Counted from the stretch's first letter, positions 31,224-40,828 are shown. The stretch: DNA of 64,000 nucleotides from an uncultured delta proteobacterium (GCA_963790475.1 CAWBOS010000006.1:704001-768000), one strand, 5' to 3'. Notes: generated by a model not told the origin, from the sequence alone. A program made the numbers and translations.

Positions 31224-31691
31224 ATGAAAATCAATGTCAATGGCCGGGATTACAAGATTGCCGCCCAGCCTTGGCGCACCTTATTAGATGTACTTCGAAA
31301 TGAACTGGGATTCACCGGAACCAAAGAAGGCTGCGGGACCGGCAGCTGCGGTTCCTGCACGGTTCTGATGAACGGCCAGGCCGTCAACGCCTGCCTGGTA
31401 TTTGTTGCCGAGGCCAAGGGGAAAGCCATCACCACCATCGAGGGAATATCCCGGGAAGGAAAACTCCATCCCTTACAACAGGCCTTCATCGATGAGGGTG
31501 CGGTGCAATGCGGCTTTTGCACCCCGGGAGTGATTCTTACGGCCAAAGCCCTTCTGGATTCGAATCCGCAGCCTTCTGAAGCTGAAATAAGAGAAGCCAT
31601 AGCCGGTAACCTCTGCCGCTGTACCGGTTATGATAAGATCGTCCGCGCCATCATGAACGCTGCCCAGGCAGCAGATAAGGAGAGGGCCTAA
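31224..31691 (+). CDS. Xanthine dehydrogenase family 2x[2Fe-2S] subunit (CoxS-like)
   Basis: GCGTGSCGSCT, QCGFCTPG, GNLCRCTGY. Confidence 0.94.
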   Translation: MKINVNGRDYKIAAQPWRTLLDVLRNELGFTGTKEGCGTGSCGSCTVLMNGQAVNACLVFVAEAKGKAITTIEGISREGKLHPLQQAFIDEGAVQCGFCTPGVILTAKALLDSNPQPSEAEIREAIAGNLCRCTGYDKIVRAIMNAAQAADKERA

Positions 31692-33943
31692 TGGCGAAAT
31701 ATTCCGTTGTCGGGCGGCGTTTACCCAGAGTGGACGCGCTCAGCAAGGTGACCGGGGAGGCCCTTTTCAGCGGCGATATCCAGTTACCCCATATGCTTCA
31801 AGGCCAGGTGCTCAGAAGCCCTCATCCCCATGCCCTGATCCGTCATTTGGATGTGAGGAAAGCGCAAGGTTTGAACGGGGTTATGGCGGTCATTACCGCC
31901 GCAGACGTACCAGGATTTAAGAAGAGAAATGAACTGACCTTCTCCGAATTACCTCACCTGGCCAAGGATAAGGTCTTTTATGCCCAACAACCCGTAGCGG
32001 TGGTGGCAGCCGTAAGCCGGGAGATCGCCGAAAAGGCCCTGGACTTCATCAAGGTGGAGTACGAGGTTTTGCCTCCAGTCCTCAATCCCCTGGAGGCCCT
32101 GGAACCGACATCGCCTTTAATCCATCCGGATTTATATACCAACGTCATCATCAACCCCCAACCCGGCAAAGATGATCGGCCCAGTAATGTTGCCTATCAC
32201 ATGAAAGTGATTAAAGGAGATATTGAAGCCGGATTCCAGGAAGCCGATCTTATTCTGGAAAACACCTATCGGACCCAAAAGGTTCACCATGGATTTATTG
32301 AGCCCTTTGCCGCTGTGGCGGCTGTGGAGGTAAACGGGAAGGTGACCATCTGGACCCAAAGCCAAGGCCTGTTCATAGCCCGGCAGATGATCGCCCAGTT
32401 CTTGGGCCTGCCCCGCAACCGAGTAAAAATAGTGCCCGTGGAAATCGGTGGCGCCTTCGGGGGTAAGACCTATCAGCCGCTGGCCCCTCTTTGCGCGCTG
32501 CTGGCCATAAAATCAAGACGCCCGGTCCGGATGGAAATGACTAGAGAGGAAGTGCTGGCCGACAGTCGCCCGGCCCCCGAATCCAATATTACCGTTAAGA
32601 TGGGGGTTACCAGACAAGGTCTCATTACGGCCGCCTCCGTCGACCTGATTTATGATGCCGGGGCCTTTCCGGAAATGTCCCACGGGATGTTTGTCGGCGG
32701 CAATGTCTTGGGTCAGTATAAAATCCCCAATGTCCGTCTGGACACCAAAGATGTGCTCACCAATAAGGTGCCCTCGGCTTATTACCGGGCACCGGGAATC
32801 CCTCAGGCCCACTTTGCCGTCGAATCCCATCTGGATATCATAGCCCGTACCCTGGGCCTGGACCCCTTGCAAATGCGTATTCAAAATGTGGCCGAGGCGG
32901 GGGATACCCAACCCAACGGGGAAGTCTTACCCCGGGTCGGATTTAAGGAAACCCTGGAGAGGATGGGGGAGTATTTGAAGGAGAAAGGTAACTGGACCGG
33001 CAAGAACCGGGGCCGCGGCATTGCCTGCGGGTTCTGGCACGGTGGGGTAGGAAGCTTCGGCGCCTATATTCAGGTTAACAATAACGGCTCGGTCAACCTG
33101 GTGCTCGGGATAACCGACATCTCCGGGAGCCGGACCAGTGTCGCCCAGATTGCGGCCGAAGAACTCGGTCTGCCATTAAATAAAGTAACGGTCGTCATCG
33201 GCGATACGGAAACCGCTCCCTGGGCGACTATGTCGGTGGGCAGTCTGACCGTCTATTCTTTAAGTACCGCGGTTTATCGAGCCTGTCAGGATGTGAAGAC
33301 CCAGATGGGCGCTCTGGCCGCCAAAAGTCTGGGAGTGGACCCCGCCGAACTTGAATTCTTCCAAGGACTTTTTCGGGTCAAAGGCGACAAGGGGAAGTCA
33401 ATCTCCTTTGAGGAAATAGCCCGATCTACGGCCCTGTTCTTCGGCGGGGGACCCGTCATGGGCCGGGGCGCCTTGAACGGGCTCCCCCCGGCCCCGACAT
33501 TATCCGTTCACGCCGCGGACGTGGAGGTGGACGATGAAACCGGCAAGGTCAGGATCAAGGCCTATGCCGCGGCCCAGGATGTGGGTCTGGCCATTAATCC
33601 GCTTTCCGTTGAAGGCCAAATCCAGGGCGCCGTTACTCAGGGTATCGGCTGGGCCTTGATGGAAAACTATATTTTTGAAAAGGGGATGATGCAGAATACC
33701 ACCCTTCTGGATTACAGAATGCCAACCGCCAGCGATGTTCCCATGATAGAGGTCTTGATCGTTGAGGTCGGTTCTTCCCGGGGGGTATACGGCCTGAAAC
33801 ATGTAGGTGAGCCGCCCATGATACCCGTCCTGGCGGCAATAGCCAATGCGGTTCACAGTGCTACGGGGGTGAGATTCAAAGAATTACCCCTGACTTCGGA
33901 GGTCGTATTAAAGGGCATTAGGGAACATCTCGACTCACGATAA
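31691..33943 (+). CDS. Xanthine dehydrogenase family molybdopterin subunit
   Basis: KVTGEA, GGAFGGK, YRAPG, EGQIQGAVTQGIG, KHVGEPP. Confidence 0.92.
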   Translation: MAKYSVVGRRLPRVDALSKVTGEALFSGDIQLPHMLQGQVLRSPHPHALIRHLDVRKAQGLNGVMAVITAADVPGFKKRNELTFSELPHLAKDKVFYAQQPVAVVAAVSREIAEKALDFIKVEYEVLPPVLNPLEALEPTSPLIHPDLYTNVIINPQPGKDDRPSNVAYHMKVIKGDIEAGFQEADLILENTYRTQKVHHGFIEPFAAVAAVEVNGKVTIWTQSQGLFIARQMIAQFLGLPRNRVKIVPVEIGGAFGGKTYQPLAPLCALLAIKSRRPVRMEMTREEVLADSRPAPESNITVKMGVTRQGLITAASVDLIYDAGAFPEMSHGMFVGGNVLGQYKIPNVRLDTKDVLTNKVPSAYYRAPGIPQAHFAVESHLDIIARTLGLDPLQMRIQNVAEAGDTQPNGEVLPRVGFKETLERMGEYLKEKGNWTGKNRGRGIACGFWHGGVGSFGAYIQVNNNGSVNLVLGITDISGSRTSVAQIAAEELGLPLNKVTVVIGDTETAPWATMSVGSLTVYSLSTAVYRACQDVKTQMGALAAKSLGVDPAELEFFQGLFRVKGDKGKSISFEEIARSTALFFGGGPVMGRGALNGLPPAPTLSVHAADVEVDDETGKVRIKAYAAAQDVGLAINPLSVEGQIQGAVTQGIGWALMENYIFEKGMMQNTTLLDYRMPTASDVPMIEVLIVEVGSSRGVYGLKHVGEPPMIPVLAAIANAVHSATGVRFKELPLTSEVVLKGIREHLDSR

Positions 33944-34289
33944 CCGTTTCATTTTTACTCTTGCCCCTTCGCGAACGGCGATTTTTTTGTTTGCGGATTT
34001 TTTCGGCCTGCTGTTGATGAAGACTTATTCCGCTTTGAAGGGCCTCCACTTTCTCGGCCAGAAGCCGCCAGGCCAGAAAGCGGTTTAAGGCCTGGGATCG
34101 CTCCTTCTGCATCTTGACCTCCAGGCCGGTAGGGAGATGCTTTAAATAAACGGCCGAGGAAGTTTTATTGACCTTCTGTCCGCCCGACCCCTGGGAGCGG
34201 ATGAACTGCTCGATCACCTCTTCTTCCCGGATGTTCAATTTTAAAAGGGTTTTCTGTAAGGCTTTTTGTTTTTCGGGACTGACGGCCAT
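33918..34289 (-). CDS. Stand-alone RF-1-domain peptidyl-tRNA hydrolase (ArfB/C12orf65-like)
   Basis: GSGGQKVNKTSSAV GGQ motif, ERSQ..NR, basic C-terminal tail. Confidence 0.88.
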   Translation of the reverse strand: MAVSPEKQKALQKTLLKLNIREEEVIEQFIRSQGSGGQKVNKTSSAVYLKHLPTGLEVKMQKERSQALNRFLAWRLLAEKVEALQSGISLHQQQAEKIRKQKNRRSRRGKSKNETVIVSRDVP

Positions 34290-34294
34290 ATCAC

Positions 34295-35245
34295 CTAAGA
34301 AATCACAGGAAGTTTTTGGGGGAGAATTTGAAACCGGGCCGGAAGGCGGCCCACCAGTTCCCCGTCCAGATCGATGAGGACCTCTTCTTCGGAGGTCAGT
34401 TCAATGGTCCGGGCCTGAAAGGTCTTGACTTTAGGGTGTTCGGCGATATTCCCGCGATAAAGACGGGTGATATTGGTCAACACCTCTGTTTTAGACACAT
34501 CACCGATAACTACCAGATTGAAAAAACCATCATTCACACGAGCTTCCGGGGCTACCCACATCCCTCCACCGAAATATTGTCCATTGGCGATTACGATGGA
34601 ACTGGCCCTTACTTCAAAATCTTCTTTTTCATCAATAGCGATATGAACCTTTTTGTTTTGGTACCGGAACAGGGTTACCAGGACCCCTTTTAAAAAACTG
34701 AGTTTTCCCCCCAGCCTCTTGGAGTGACTGTTTACATAGCGGACCAGATCCCCGCCGAACCCCACATCGGTAACATTGACAAAATACCGTTGGACCGGAC
34801 GGCCCTCCAGATCTGTAAAACTGACTTGTCCGATATCGATAGGATGGGCTGAGCCTTGCCGGGCCTGCCGGGCGGCATCAGAAAGGGAATGGGAAATCCC
34901 CAGGGTGCGAACCAGATCGGCGCCGGTCCCGCTGGGCAAAAGGGCCAAGGGAATCGGCGCGGAAGAGTTGTTTACAATTCCGTTGACCACTTCATTAAAG
35001 GTGCCGTCTCCGCCATGGACGGCTATGGTGGTGACGCCGAGGTCGACGGCTTTTTGGGCCAGTTCACGGGCCTGACCGGGGTGGGTGGTGTGCCAGGCTT
35101 CAAAGGGAGGCAAAAGATTCCGAAATAAGGTTTCGTTCTCGGGCCACTGCCGGCCTGTTCTGCCATCGGCGCTGGCCGGGTTGGCGATCACGATCCAGGA
35201 GGGACTTTTTGACAAGTCTTGACTCAAGGGGGCTCCAAATATCAA
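34295..35245 (-). CDS. Diacylglycerol kinase family (YegS/BmrU) lipid kinase
   Basis: IANPAS, GGDGTFNEVVNG, PSGTG, NGQYFGGG, DGE. Confidence 0.9.
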   Translation of the reverse strand: MIFGAPLSQDLSKSPSWIVIANPASADGRTGRQWPENETLFRNLLPPFEAWHTTHPGQARELAQKAVDLGVTTIAVHGGDGTFNEVVNGIVNNSSAPIPLALLPSGTGADLVRTLGISHSLSDAARQARQGSAHPIDIGQVSFTDLEGRPVQRYFVNVTDVGFGGDLVRYVNSHSKRLGGKLSFLKGVLVTLFRYQNKKVHIAIDEKEDFEVRASSIVIANGQYFGGGMWVAPEARVNDGFFNLVVIGDVSKTEVLTNITRLYRGNIAEHPKVKTFQARTIELTSEEEVLIDLDGELVGRLPARFQILPQKLPVIS

Positions 35246-35268
35246 AAAATTGGATATTGAATTTTGAA

Positions 35269-36456
35269 TTACAGATTCTGTAAGGCCTGCCCGGCTTTTT
35301 GACCCAGTTGGAAAGCGGCCTCGATCCCCTGGGGTCCGGGAACAAATTGAATCTTCAGGCCCGGATCGATCAATTCAAATTTTGCCTCTTCCAGTTCCTT
35401 GTTGATCAGCTTGACGGCTTCGCCGCTCCAGCCATAAGAGCCGAAGGCGGCAGCGATTTTTTTGACGGGTTTCAGCCCCTTCATATAAGTCAGAAAATCC
35501 ATGACTGTCGGAAAAATACCGTTGTTCATAGTGGGGGATCCCACCAGAACCGCTCCGGCATCCAGAATTTCGGTCATGACCTCGCTCCGATGACAGGTTC
35601 TGAGATGCATGGGCTTGGCCTCCACTCCGGCCTGACATAACCCGTCCACGATGGCCTCGGCCAGTTTTTGGGTACTTTTCCACATGGTGTCGTAAACAAT
35701 TACGGCCTTCTTTTTCGGTTTCTGTTGGCCCCATTCCACATAGGCCTTAATAATCTTGGCCGGGTCCTGCCTCCATATGACTCCGTGGTCGGGACAAATC
35801 GTCTTGAGCGCCAGACCCATTTGATGGACCTTGTCCACCAACTGCAGGACCAGAGGGGCGTACAACAACAAAATATTGGCGAAATAGGATTTAGCCTGAC
35901 CCATGACGGCCTCTCCCCCTTGGTCGTCAAATCTTTCCGGACCGGCATAGTGCTGGCCGAAGGCATCACTGGAAAAGAGCAGTTCCTCTTCTTTCATATA
36001 GGAAAACATACTGTCCGGCCAGTGAAGCATCCGGGTTTCCAAAAAGGTCAAGGTCCTTTTCCCCAAATTCAACACCCCGCCGTTTTCCACCGGTTTATAA
36101 TTCCATTTTTCCGGGAAATGGAGAGAGAGATTCTTTTGCCCCACCTTCGAACAATACAGGGGTTTGTCTTCTCCGATTTTATGCATGACCCGGGGCAGTC
36201 CGCCGGAATGGTCCATCTCCGTATGATTGCTGATCACATAATCTATTTTTTTGGGGTCGATGATCTGAGCAATGCTCTCCAAAAGGTTATCGGCGAATTC
36301 CTTTTTGACCGTGTCGATCAAGGTCACTTTTTCATCCAGGATCAAATAGGCGTTATAGGTGGAACCCTGAGGAGTGGCATGCCCATGAAATTCCCTCAGG
36401 TTCCAATCGACAGCCCCGACCCAAAAAATATCTTTAACAATTTCTATCGGTTTCAT
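35269..36456 (-). CDS. fprA: Flavodiiron protein (FprA/ROO family O2/NO reductase)
   Basis: HTEMDHSG, HWPD, SDAFGQH, PDHG; flavodoxin FGSYGWSGEA. Confidence 0.94.
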   Translation of the reverse strand: MKPIEIVKDIFWVGAVDWNLREFHGHATPQGSTYNAYLILDEKVTLIDTVKKEFADNLLESIAQIIDPKKIDYVISNHTEMDHSGGLPRVMHKIGEDKPLYCSKVGQKNLSLHFPEKWNYKPVENGGVLNLGKRTLTFLETRMLHWPDSMFSYMKEEELLFSSDAFGQHYAGPERFDDQGGEAVMGQAKSYFANILLLYAPLVLQLVDKVHQMGLALKTICPDHGVIWRQDPAKIIKAYVEWGQQKPKKKAVIVYDTMWKSTQKLAEAIVDGLCQAGVEAKPMHLRTCHRSEVMTEILDAGAVLVGSPTMNNGIFPTVMDFLTYMKGLKPVKKIAAAFGSYGWSGEAVKLINKELEEAKFELIDPGLKIQFVPGPQGIEAAFQLGQKAGQALQNL

Positions 36457-36622
36457 AATTTCTACCTCTGCTTATTAATGATGATTAAAGAAAGAAAAGG
36501 CAAAAGGCCGGTTTAGTTCAGAGTGCGAAGTTCGGAGCAAAAACCTAATACTCCGAATATCAACTTGTATTTCAAAAACCTCGAATCCTGTTTGAACGCA
36601 AAAAAGTTTAGGACACCTATTA

Positions 36623-37705
36623 TTATTGTAAAAGAGGCAAAGAAATTTTGACTATAGTCCCTTTCCCTTCTTCACTTTCCAACACCAAGGTGCCTCCGGG
36701 ATGCTCTTCGATAATCTTCTTGGAAACGATAAGTCCCAAACCTGTGCCCTGTTGTTTGGTGGTAAAAAAGGGGGTGAATAGTTTGTCCCGGTCTTTGGGC
36801 TGGATCCCGGGGCCATTGTCGGAAATGCTGATTTCCACCCGGTCAGGTAACCGTCGGGAGCCGATAGTCAGGCTCCCCCCCCTTTCCATGGCCTCCATGG
36901 CGTTTTTGACCAAATTTAAGAAGACCTGTTTCAACTTACCCGGATCACCTTCCACAAACAAAGGATCTTCGTCTGTCTCCAATTGAAGAGATATATCGGA
37001 AACCTTACAATCCTCTTTGGATAAAGAATAAATCTCTTTCAACAGGGTGTTGATATTGACCTTTTCGAAACTCAATTTTTGAGGACGGTACACTTCCTTA
37101 AGTTCCAGAATAAGATTTTCCAAGCGCTGGACCTCATCGGTAATAATTTTGAGCTTGGACTGACTCTTCTCATCCTGGACTGTTCGCGAAAGCTGCCTGG
37201 CGAATCCGCCGATCATGATCAAAGGATTTTTGATCTCATGGGTGATTTCCGCCACCATTTGACCCAAGGCGGCCAGACGTTCGGATTGGGCGACCTGTTC
37301 TTGAAGGGCCTTTGTTTCCGACAGGTCTCTTATGATTCCGGTAAAATAAAGCCGGCCCTCTACTTCCGAAACTGAAAAAGAAATGGAGAGAGGGAACTTC
37401 TCTCCACTCTTTCGTGTCGTCAGAAATTCGGTTTGATGGCCGATGAGTTTGGATTTCCGGGTCTCTAAAAACCGGGATACCGCCTGTTTGTGACCTTGCT
37501 CGCACTCCGGAGAGAGAATCAATCCCAAGTCTTTTCCGATGACCTCCTCCCGGGAATATCCGAATATCTTTTCGGCGGCCTTATTAAAAATGATCACCTG
37601 ATGGTTTTCATCAATGGTAACAAACCCCTCGTTGGTATTTTCGGTTGCTCCCCGAAGGATAACCGCTTCCCGATTAGAAGAGGGGCTCTCCCCATTTTTT
37701 TCCAT
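36623..37705 (-). CDS. Cytoplasmic PAS histidine kinase (FixL-like PAS)
   Basis: FNKAAEKIFGYS PAS; HEIKNPL, NAMEA, DNGPGI, GTGLGL. Confidence 0.9.
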   Translation of the reverse strand: MEKNGESPSSNREAVILRGATENTNEGFVTIDENHQVIIFNKAAEKIFGYSREEVIGKDLGLILSPECEQGHKQAVSRFLETRKSKLIGHQTEFLTTRKSGEKFPLSISFSVSEVEGRLYFTGIIRDLSETKALQEQVAQSERLAALGQMVAEITHEIKNPLIMIGGFARQLSRTVQDEKSQSKLKIITDEVQRLENLILELKEVYRPQKLSFEKVNINTLLKEIYSLSKEDCKVSDISLQLETDEDPLFVEGDPGKLKQVFLNLVKNAMEAMERGGSLTIGSRRLPDRVEISISDNGPGIQPKDRDKLFTPFFTTKQQGTGLGLIVSKKIIEEHPGGTLVLESEEGKGTIVKISLPLLQ

Positions 37706-37719
37706 TCAGGGACGGCCTC

Positions 37720-37878
37720 TTATTCCTGTTCAAACTTGTCTTTGGTGGCCCCGCAAACCGGGCAGGTCCAATCCTCGGGCAGGTCTTCAAATCGGGTCCC
37801 TGGTTTAATCCCATTATCGGGATCGCCATTCGCCGGATCGTAAATATAGCCGCATACCGAACAGACATATTTTGCCAT
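37720..37878 (-). CDS. Rubredoxin (52 aa; absent from the supplied ORF track)
   Basis: Manual translation [52 protein letters not shown]; GAGGAG RBS. Confidence 0.96.
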   Translation of the reverse strand: MAKYVCSVCGYIYDPANGDPDNGIKPGTRFEDLPEDWTCPVCGATKDKFEQE

Positions 37879-37904
37879 TTCTTGAATCTCCTCTCGTCTG
37901 GTTA

Positions 37905-38105
37905 TTAATCGACTACCTCATAGCCCGCTTTTTTTATCTTATCTTTAATCAGGGTCTTGTCAACCGGTTTTGTTTCATTAAAGGTAGCCTGGCCTTTTTC
38001 AAGATCGACGGTCACATCCTGAAGTCCTTCGATCTCTTTTAAGGCTTTGGTTGCCGCCATGACACAGTGCTGACAGGACATGCCTTTGATTTTAATCGTC
38101 GTCAT
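37905..38105 (-). CDS. Heavy-metal-associated (CopZ-like) chaperone
   Basis: GMSCQHC motif. Confidence 0.9.
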   Translation of the reverse strand: MTTIKIKGMSCQHCVMAATKALKEIEGLQDVTVDLEKGQATFNETKPVDKTLIKDKIKKAGYEVVD

Positions 38106-38239
38106 TCTGATATTCCTTTCGTCTAATTAAATGGTGGACGGTTTAAGGTCCGAGGTTTAAGAAAAAGAATCTTTATGAGAGTTTTTTCCCTCAAGCCTCA
38201 CGCCTTTTTCCTTTAACCTGAACCCTTACACCTTGAACC

Positions 38240-39409
38240 TCACACCCCCTTCTTATATAAGGGCGACATGGCCCTTAAGGTTTGAACCACATCCTTCAAT
38301 ACCGTCAAAAAGCGGTCGATTTCAGCTTCCGTGTTTTCCTTCCCGAAGGTGATGACCAGGGTCCCCTGGGCATCGGCGAAATCCCGGTTTATGGCCAAAA
38401 GGACGTGAGAGGCCTGGAGGGCGCCCGCGGCGCAGGCCGAGCGGGTGGAGACCAGGATTTTTTCCTCATCCAACATAAGCACAATCCCTTCGCCCTCAAT
38501 GTATCTGATGGATACCGAAACCAGATTAGGCAGGGACAGTTCCGGGTGTCCGTTGATGAAAATGTCTTCGATGTTATCCTTCAGGCCCTGGATCAATTTC
38601 TTTTTAAGGCCGAGGCAATGGTTGATCCGGGAATCCATATCACGAAGAGCCAGGTCGGCCGCCGCCCCCAGACCGATAATGCTGATAAGGTTTTCGGTTC
38701 CGGCCCGTTTGTTGTTTTCCTGGACTCCCCCATCCAATAAAGGCCATAGGCTGGTCCCCGAACGGATATAAAGACCGCCGACACCCGAAGGGCCGTAAAA
38801 CTGATTGGCCGAAAAGCTTAACAGGTCCACCCCTAACTTTTGCACATCCACCGGAACCACACCCACGGAGGTCACGGCATCGCAATGGAAGGGGATTTTT
38901 CTTTCCCGGGTGATCCGGCCGATCTCTTCGATAGGTTGGAGGGTGCCGATCTCATTATTGCTGTGCATGACGGTAACCAGAATGGTTTCTTCGGTGATCG
39001 CTTTGGCAATATCCTCGGGATTCACCCGGCCGTTTTCATCCACCGGCATTGAGCTGACCTTATAATCCATCATCCGCAGCCGGCGCAGGGTCCGAAGGAC
39101 AGCGTTATGTTCGATGTTGGAGGTGATGATATGTTTTCCTTTTTTGGCATTGGCCAGGGCCACTCCTTTGATGGCCTGGTTAATGGACTCGGTCCCACCG
39201 GAGGTAAAAACGATCTCTTGCGGAGAGGGGCTGTTGACTAAACGGGCTGCCGACTCCCGGGCCTTTTCCAGGGCCTCGGCGGCCAGGTCTCCCACCTGGT
39301 GGGGGCTGGAAGGATTACCGTGATTGGCCCGAATGGCCGCAATCATGGCCTCCTGGACTTCCGGCAAAAGGGGATTGGCGGAGAGATAGTCGAGATAGAT
39401 CAGTTCCAT
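38240..39409 (-). CDS. IscS/NifS-fold protein with degenerate PLP site
   Basis: FTSGGTES, NNEIGTLQP, RAGTEN, SACAAG..SHVL; but SFSANQFYGP replaces SFSAHKFYGP. Confidence 0.88.
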   Translation of the reverse strand: MELIYLDYLSANPLLPEVQEAMIAAIRANHGNPSSPHQVGDLAAEALEKARESAARLVNSPSPQEIVFTSGGTESINQAIKGVALANAKKGKHIITSNIEHNAVLRTLRRLRMMDYKVSSMPVDENGRVNPEDIAKAITEETILVTVMHSNNEIGTLQPIEEIGRITRERKIPFHCDAVTSVGVVPVDVQKLGVDLLSFSANQFYGPSGVGGLYIRSGTSLWPLLDGGVQENNKRAGTENLISIIGLGAAADLALRDMDSRINHCLGLKKKLIQGLKDNIEDIFINGHPELSLPNLVSVSIRYIEGEGIVLMLDEEKILVSTRSACAAGALQASHVLLAINRDFADAQGTLVITFGKENTEAEIDRFLTVLKDVVQTLRAMSPLYKKGV

Positions 39410-39426
39410 CAGTCACCTTCCTTCTA

Positions 39427-39969
39427 TTAAAGCTTCTTCAGCATTTTGCCGCATCCGACACAGAACAGGTCCTCTTCGGTCACTTCCTTACTGCAGTATG
39501 GACAATAGCATTTTCCCCCCTCTTCCTGATCATGATCATGTTCATGTTTATCTTCCCTCTGAGGTTTCGGGCGGACGATTCCGGCCTTTTTGTCTTCATA
39601 ATCCTGGATGGCCAGATGAAGGGCATCGGCTCCCAGATTGGAGCAGTGGAGTTTGTTTTTGGGCAATCCCTCCAGGGCTTCGGCCACGGATTTGTTGCTG
39701 ATTTTTTTGGCCTCGGCCAAGGTCTTGCCTTTGGCCATCTCGGTGAGCATACTGGAAACGGCGATGGCCGCCCCGCAGCCAAAGGTTTTAAACTTGATGT
39801 CTTTAATGGTATCCTCTTCGATCTTCAGGTAGATAGTCATCATGTCGCCGCATAAGGGATTGCCTATCTCGCCTACCCCATCGGGATTTTCGATCTCTCC
39901 TACATTTCGGGGATTCTTAAAATGATCCATTACGGTAGCTGAATACATTGCCTTTTCCTCCTCTTCCAT
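39427..39969 (-). CDS. iscU: IscU/NifU-N Fe-S scaffold with His-rich linker and C-terminal zinc ribbon (start may be 39948)
   Basis: DHFKNPRNVG, PLCGD, FGCGAAIA, LPKNKLHCS; tail HEHDHD..CYCPYC..CVGCG. Confidence 0.9.
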   Translation of the reverse strand: MEEEEKAMYSATVMDHFKNPRNVGEIENPDGVGEIGNPLCGDMMTIYLKIEEDTIKDIKFKTFGCGAAIAVSSMLTEMAKGKTLAEAKKISNKSVAEALEGLPKNKLHCSNLGADALHLAIQDYEDKKAGIVRPKPQREDKHEHDHDQEEGGKCYCPYCSKEVTEEDLFCVGCGKMLKKL

Positions 39970-40167
39970 CCGTGGTTCATTGCCGGATAGCCATTTTTCG
40001 CAAAATTCCTTGATCTAAGTCAAAGATAATAAAGAAACTATTTCCTTTTTTCAGGAATCCATCGACAATGATACTTATAGATACTAATCATGATGAAAAT
40101 AATTGTAAAGAGGGGCCGGGAAGTTTCCGTTTAATACTCTGAAAAAAGGGAAAGGTCCGGTGCTCCC

Positions 40168-40500
40168 TTAGTAGGGTATCTTGGTCAGGGGTCGCCGTTC
40201 CGGGACATAAGGATGAGGACCTTCGGACTCATTCCAGGCCTTGGAGACATAGAGGTTACAATAACAACTTCCGTAATCCGCCACATCCTGAGTCCGGTAA
40301 ACACAGGGGCAGATGATGTCCTGGTCGAGCGACCGGACTCCGGAGGCCAGACGACAGGGGCAGCACATATAGCCATACCGTTCCTTATTAAGAAGCAGGC
40401 CCGTGAGCAGGTCGTTGACCCTGTCCCGGTCTTTGTTAAAGAAATAACCTTTTGGTTCCTGGGCTTTCTTTAACAATTCATACAGTTCATTTTCATTCAT
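40168..40500 (-). CDS. Ferredoxin:thioredoxin reductase catalytic-subunit-like protein
   Basis: CPC...CPC...CYC motif set. Confidence 0.9.
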   Translation of the reverse strand: MNENELYELLKKAQEPKGYFFNKDRDRVNDLLTGLLLNKERYGYMCCPCRLASGVRSLDQDIICPCVYRTQDVADYGSCYCNLYVSKAWNESEGPHPYVPERRPLTKIPY

Positions 40501-40745
40501 AACCCGAGGGCTCCTTTGATTTCATCTTCTTTAAAACCGACGATACACTTGTCACCGATGAGGATGGTAGGGAAGGAGCAGTTGGGGTTATATTTTTTTA
40601 CCTCTTCAATCATGTCGGCCCGTTCCTGCCCTTGAAGCTGATCCACGTCAATAAAGTCATAGGGGACTCCCAACTCGTCAAGAAATTGTTTGGTGTGTTT
40701 ACAATGGCTGCAGGTACTCAAGGTGTAAATTTTGACCGGCGGCAT
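40497..40745 (-). CDS. Glutaredoxin/NrdH-like protein
   Basis: YTLSTCSHC, SFPTI..IVGF; overlaps the FTR gene. Confidence 0.9.
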   Translation of the reverse strand: MPPVKIYTLSTCSHCKHTKQFLDELGVPYDFIDVDQLQGQERADMIEEVKKYNPNCSFPTILIGDKCIVGFKEDEIKGALGL

Positions 40746-40828
40746 AATATCCCCCTTAATCGTTTTATTAAAGTGATAATATTATAGCAATGGTAAGGAA
40801 ATAAAAGCAATTGGTTTCTCAATGGCGA

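Noticed and set aside
31691-33943. Aerobic CO dehydrogenase or 4-hydroxybenzoyl-CoA reductase
   Set aside because: No AYxCSFR motif, and no 4Fe-4S insert in the FAD subunit.
35668-36516. Long antisense ORFs (also 48780-49427, 61898-62590, 14501-15040)
   Set aside because: They are shadows of well-supported genes on the opposite strand and show no protein motifs.
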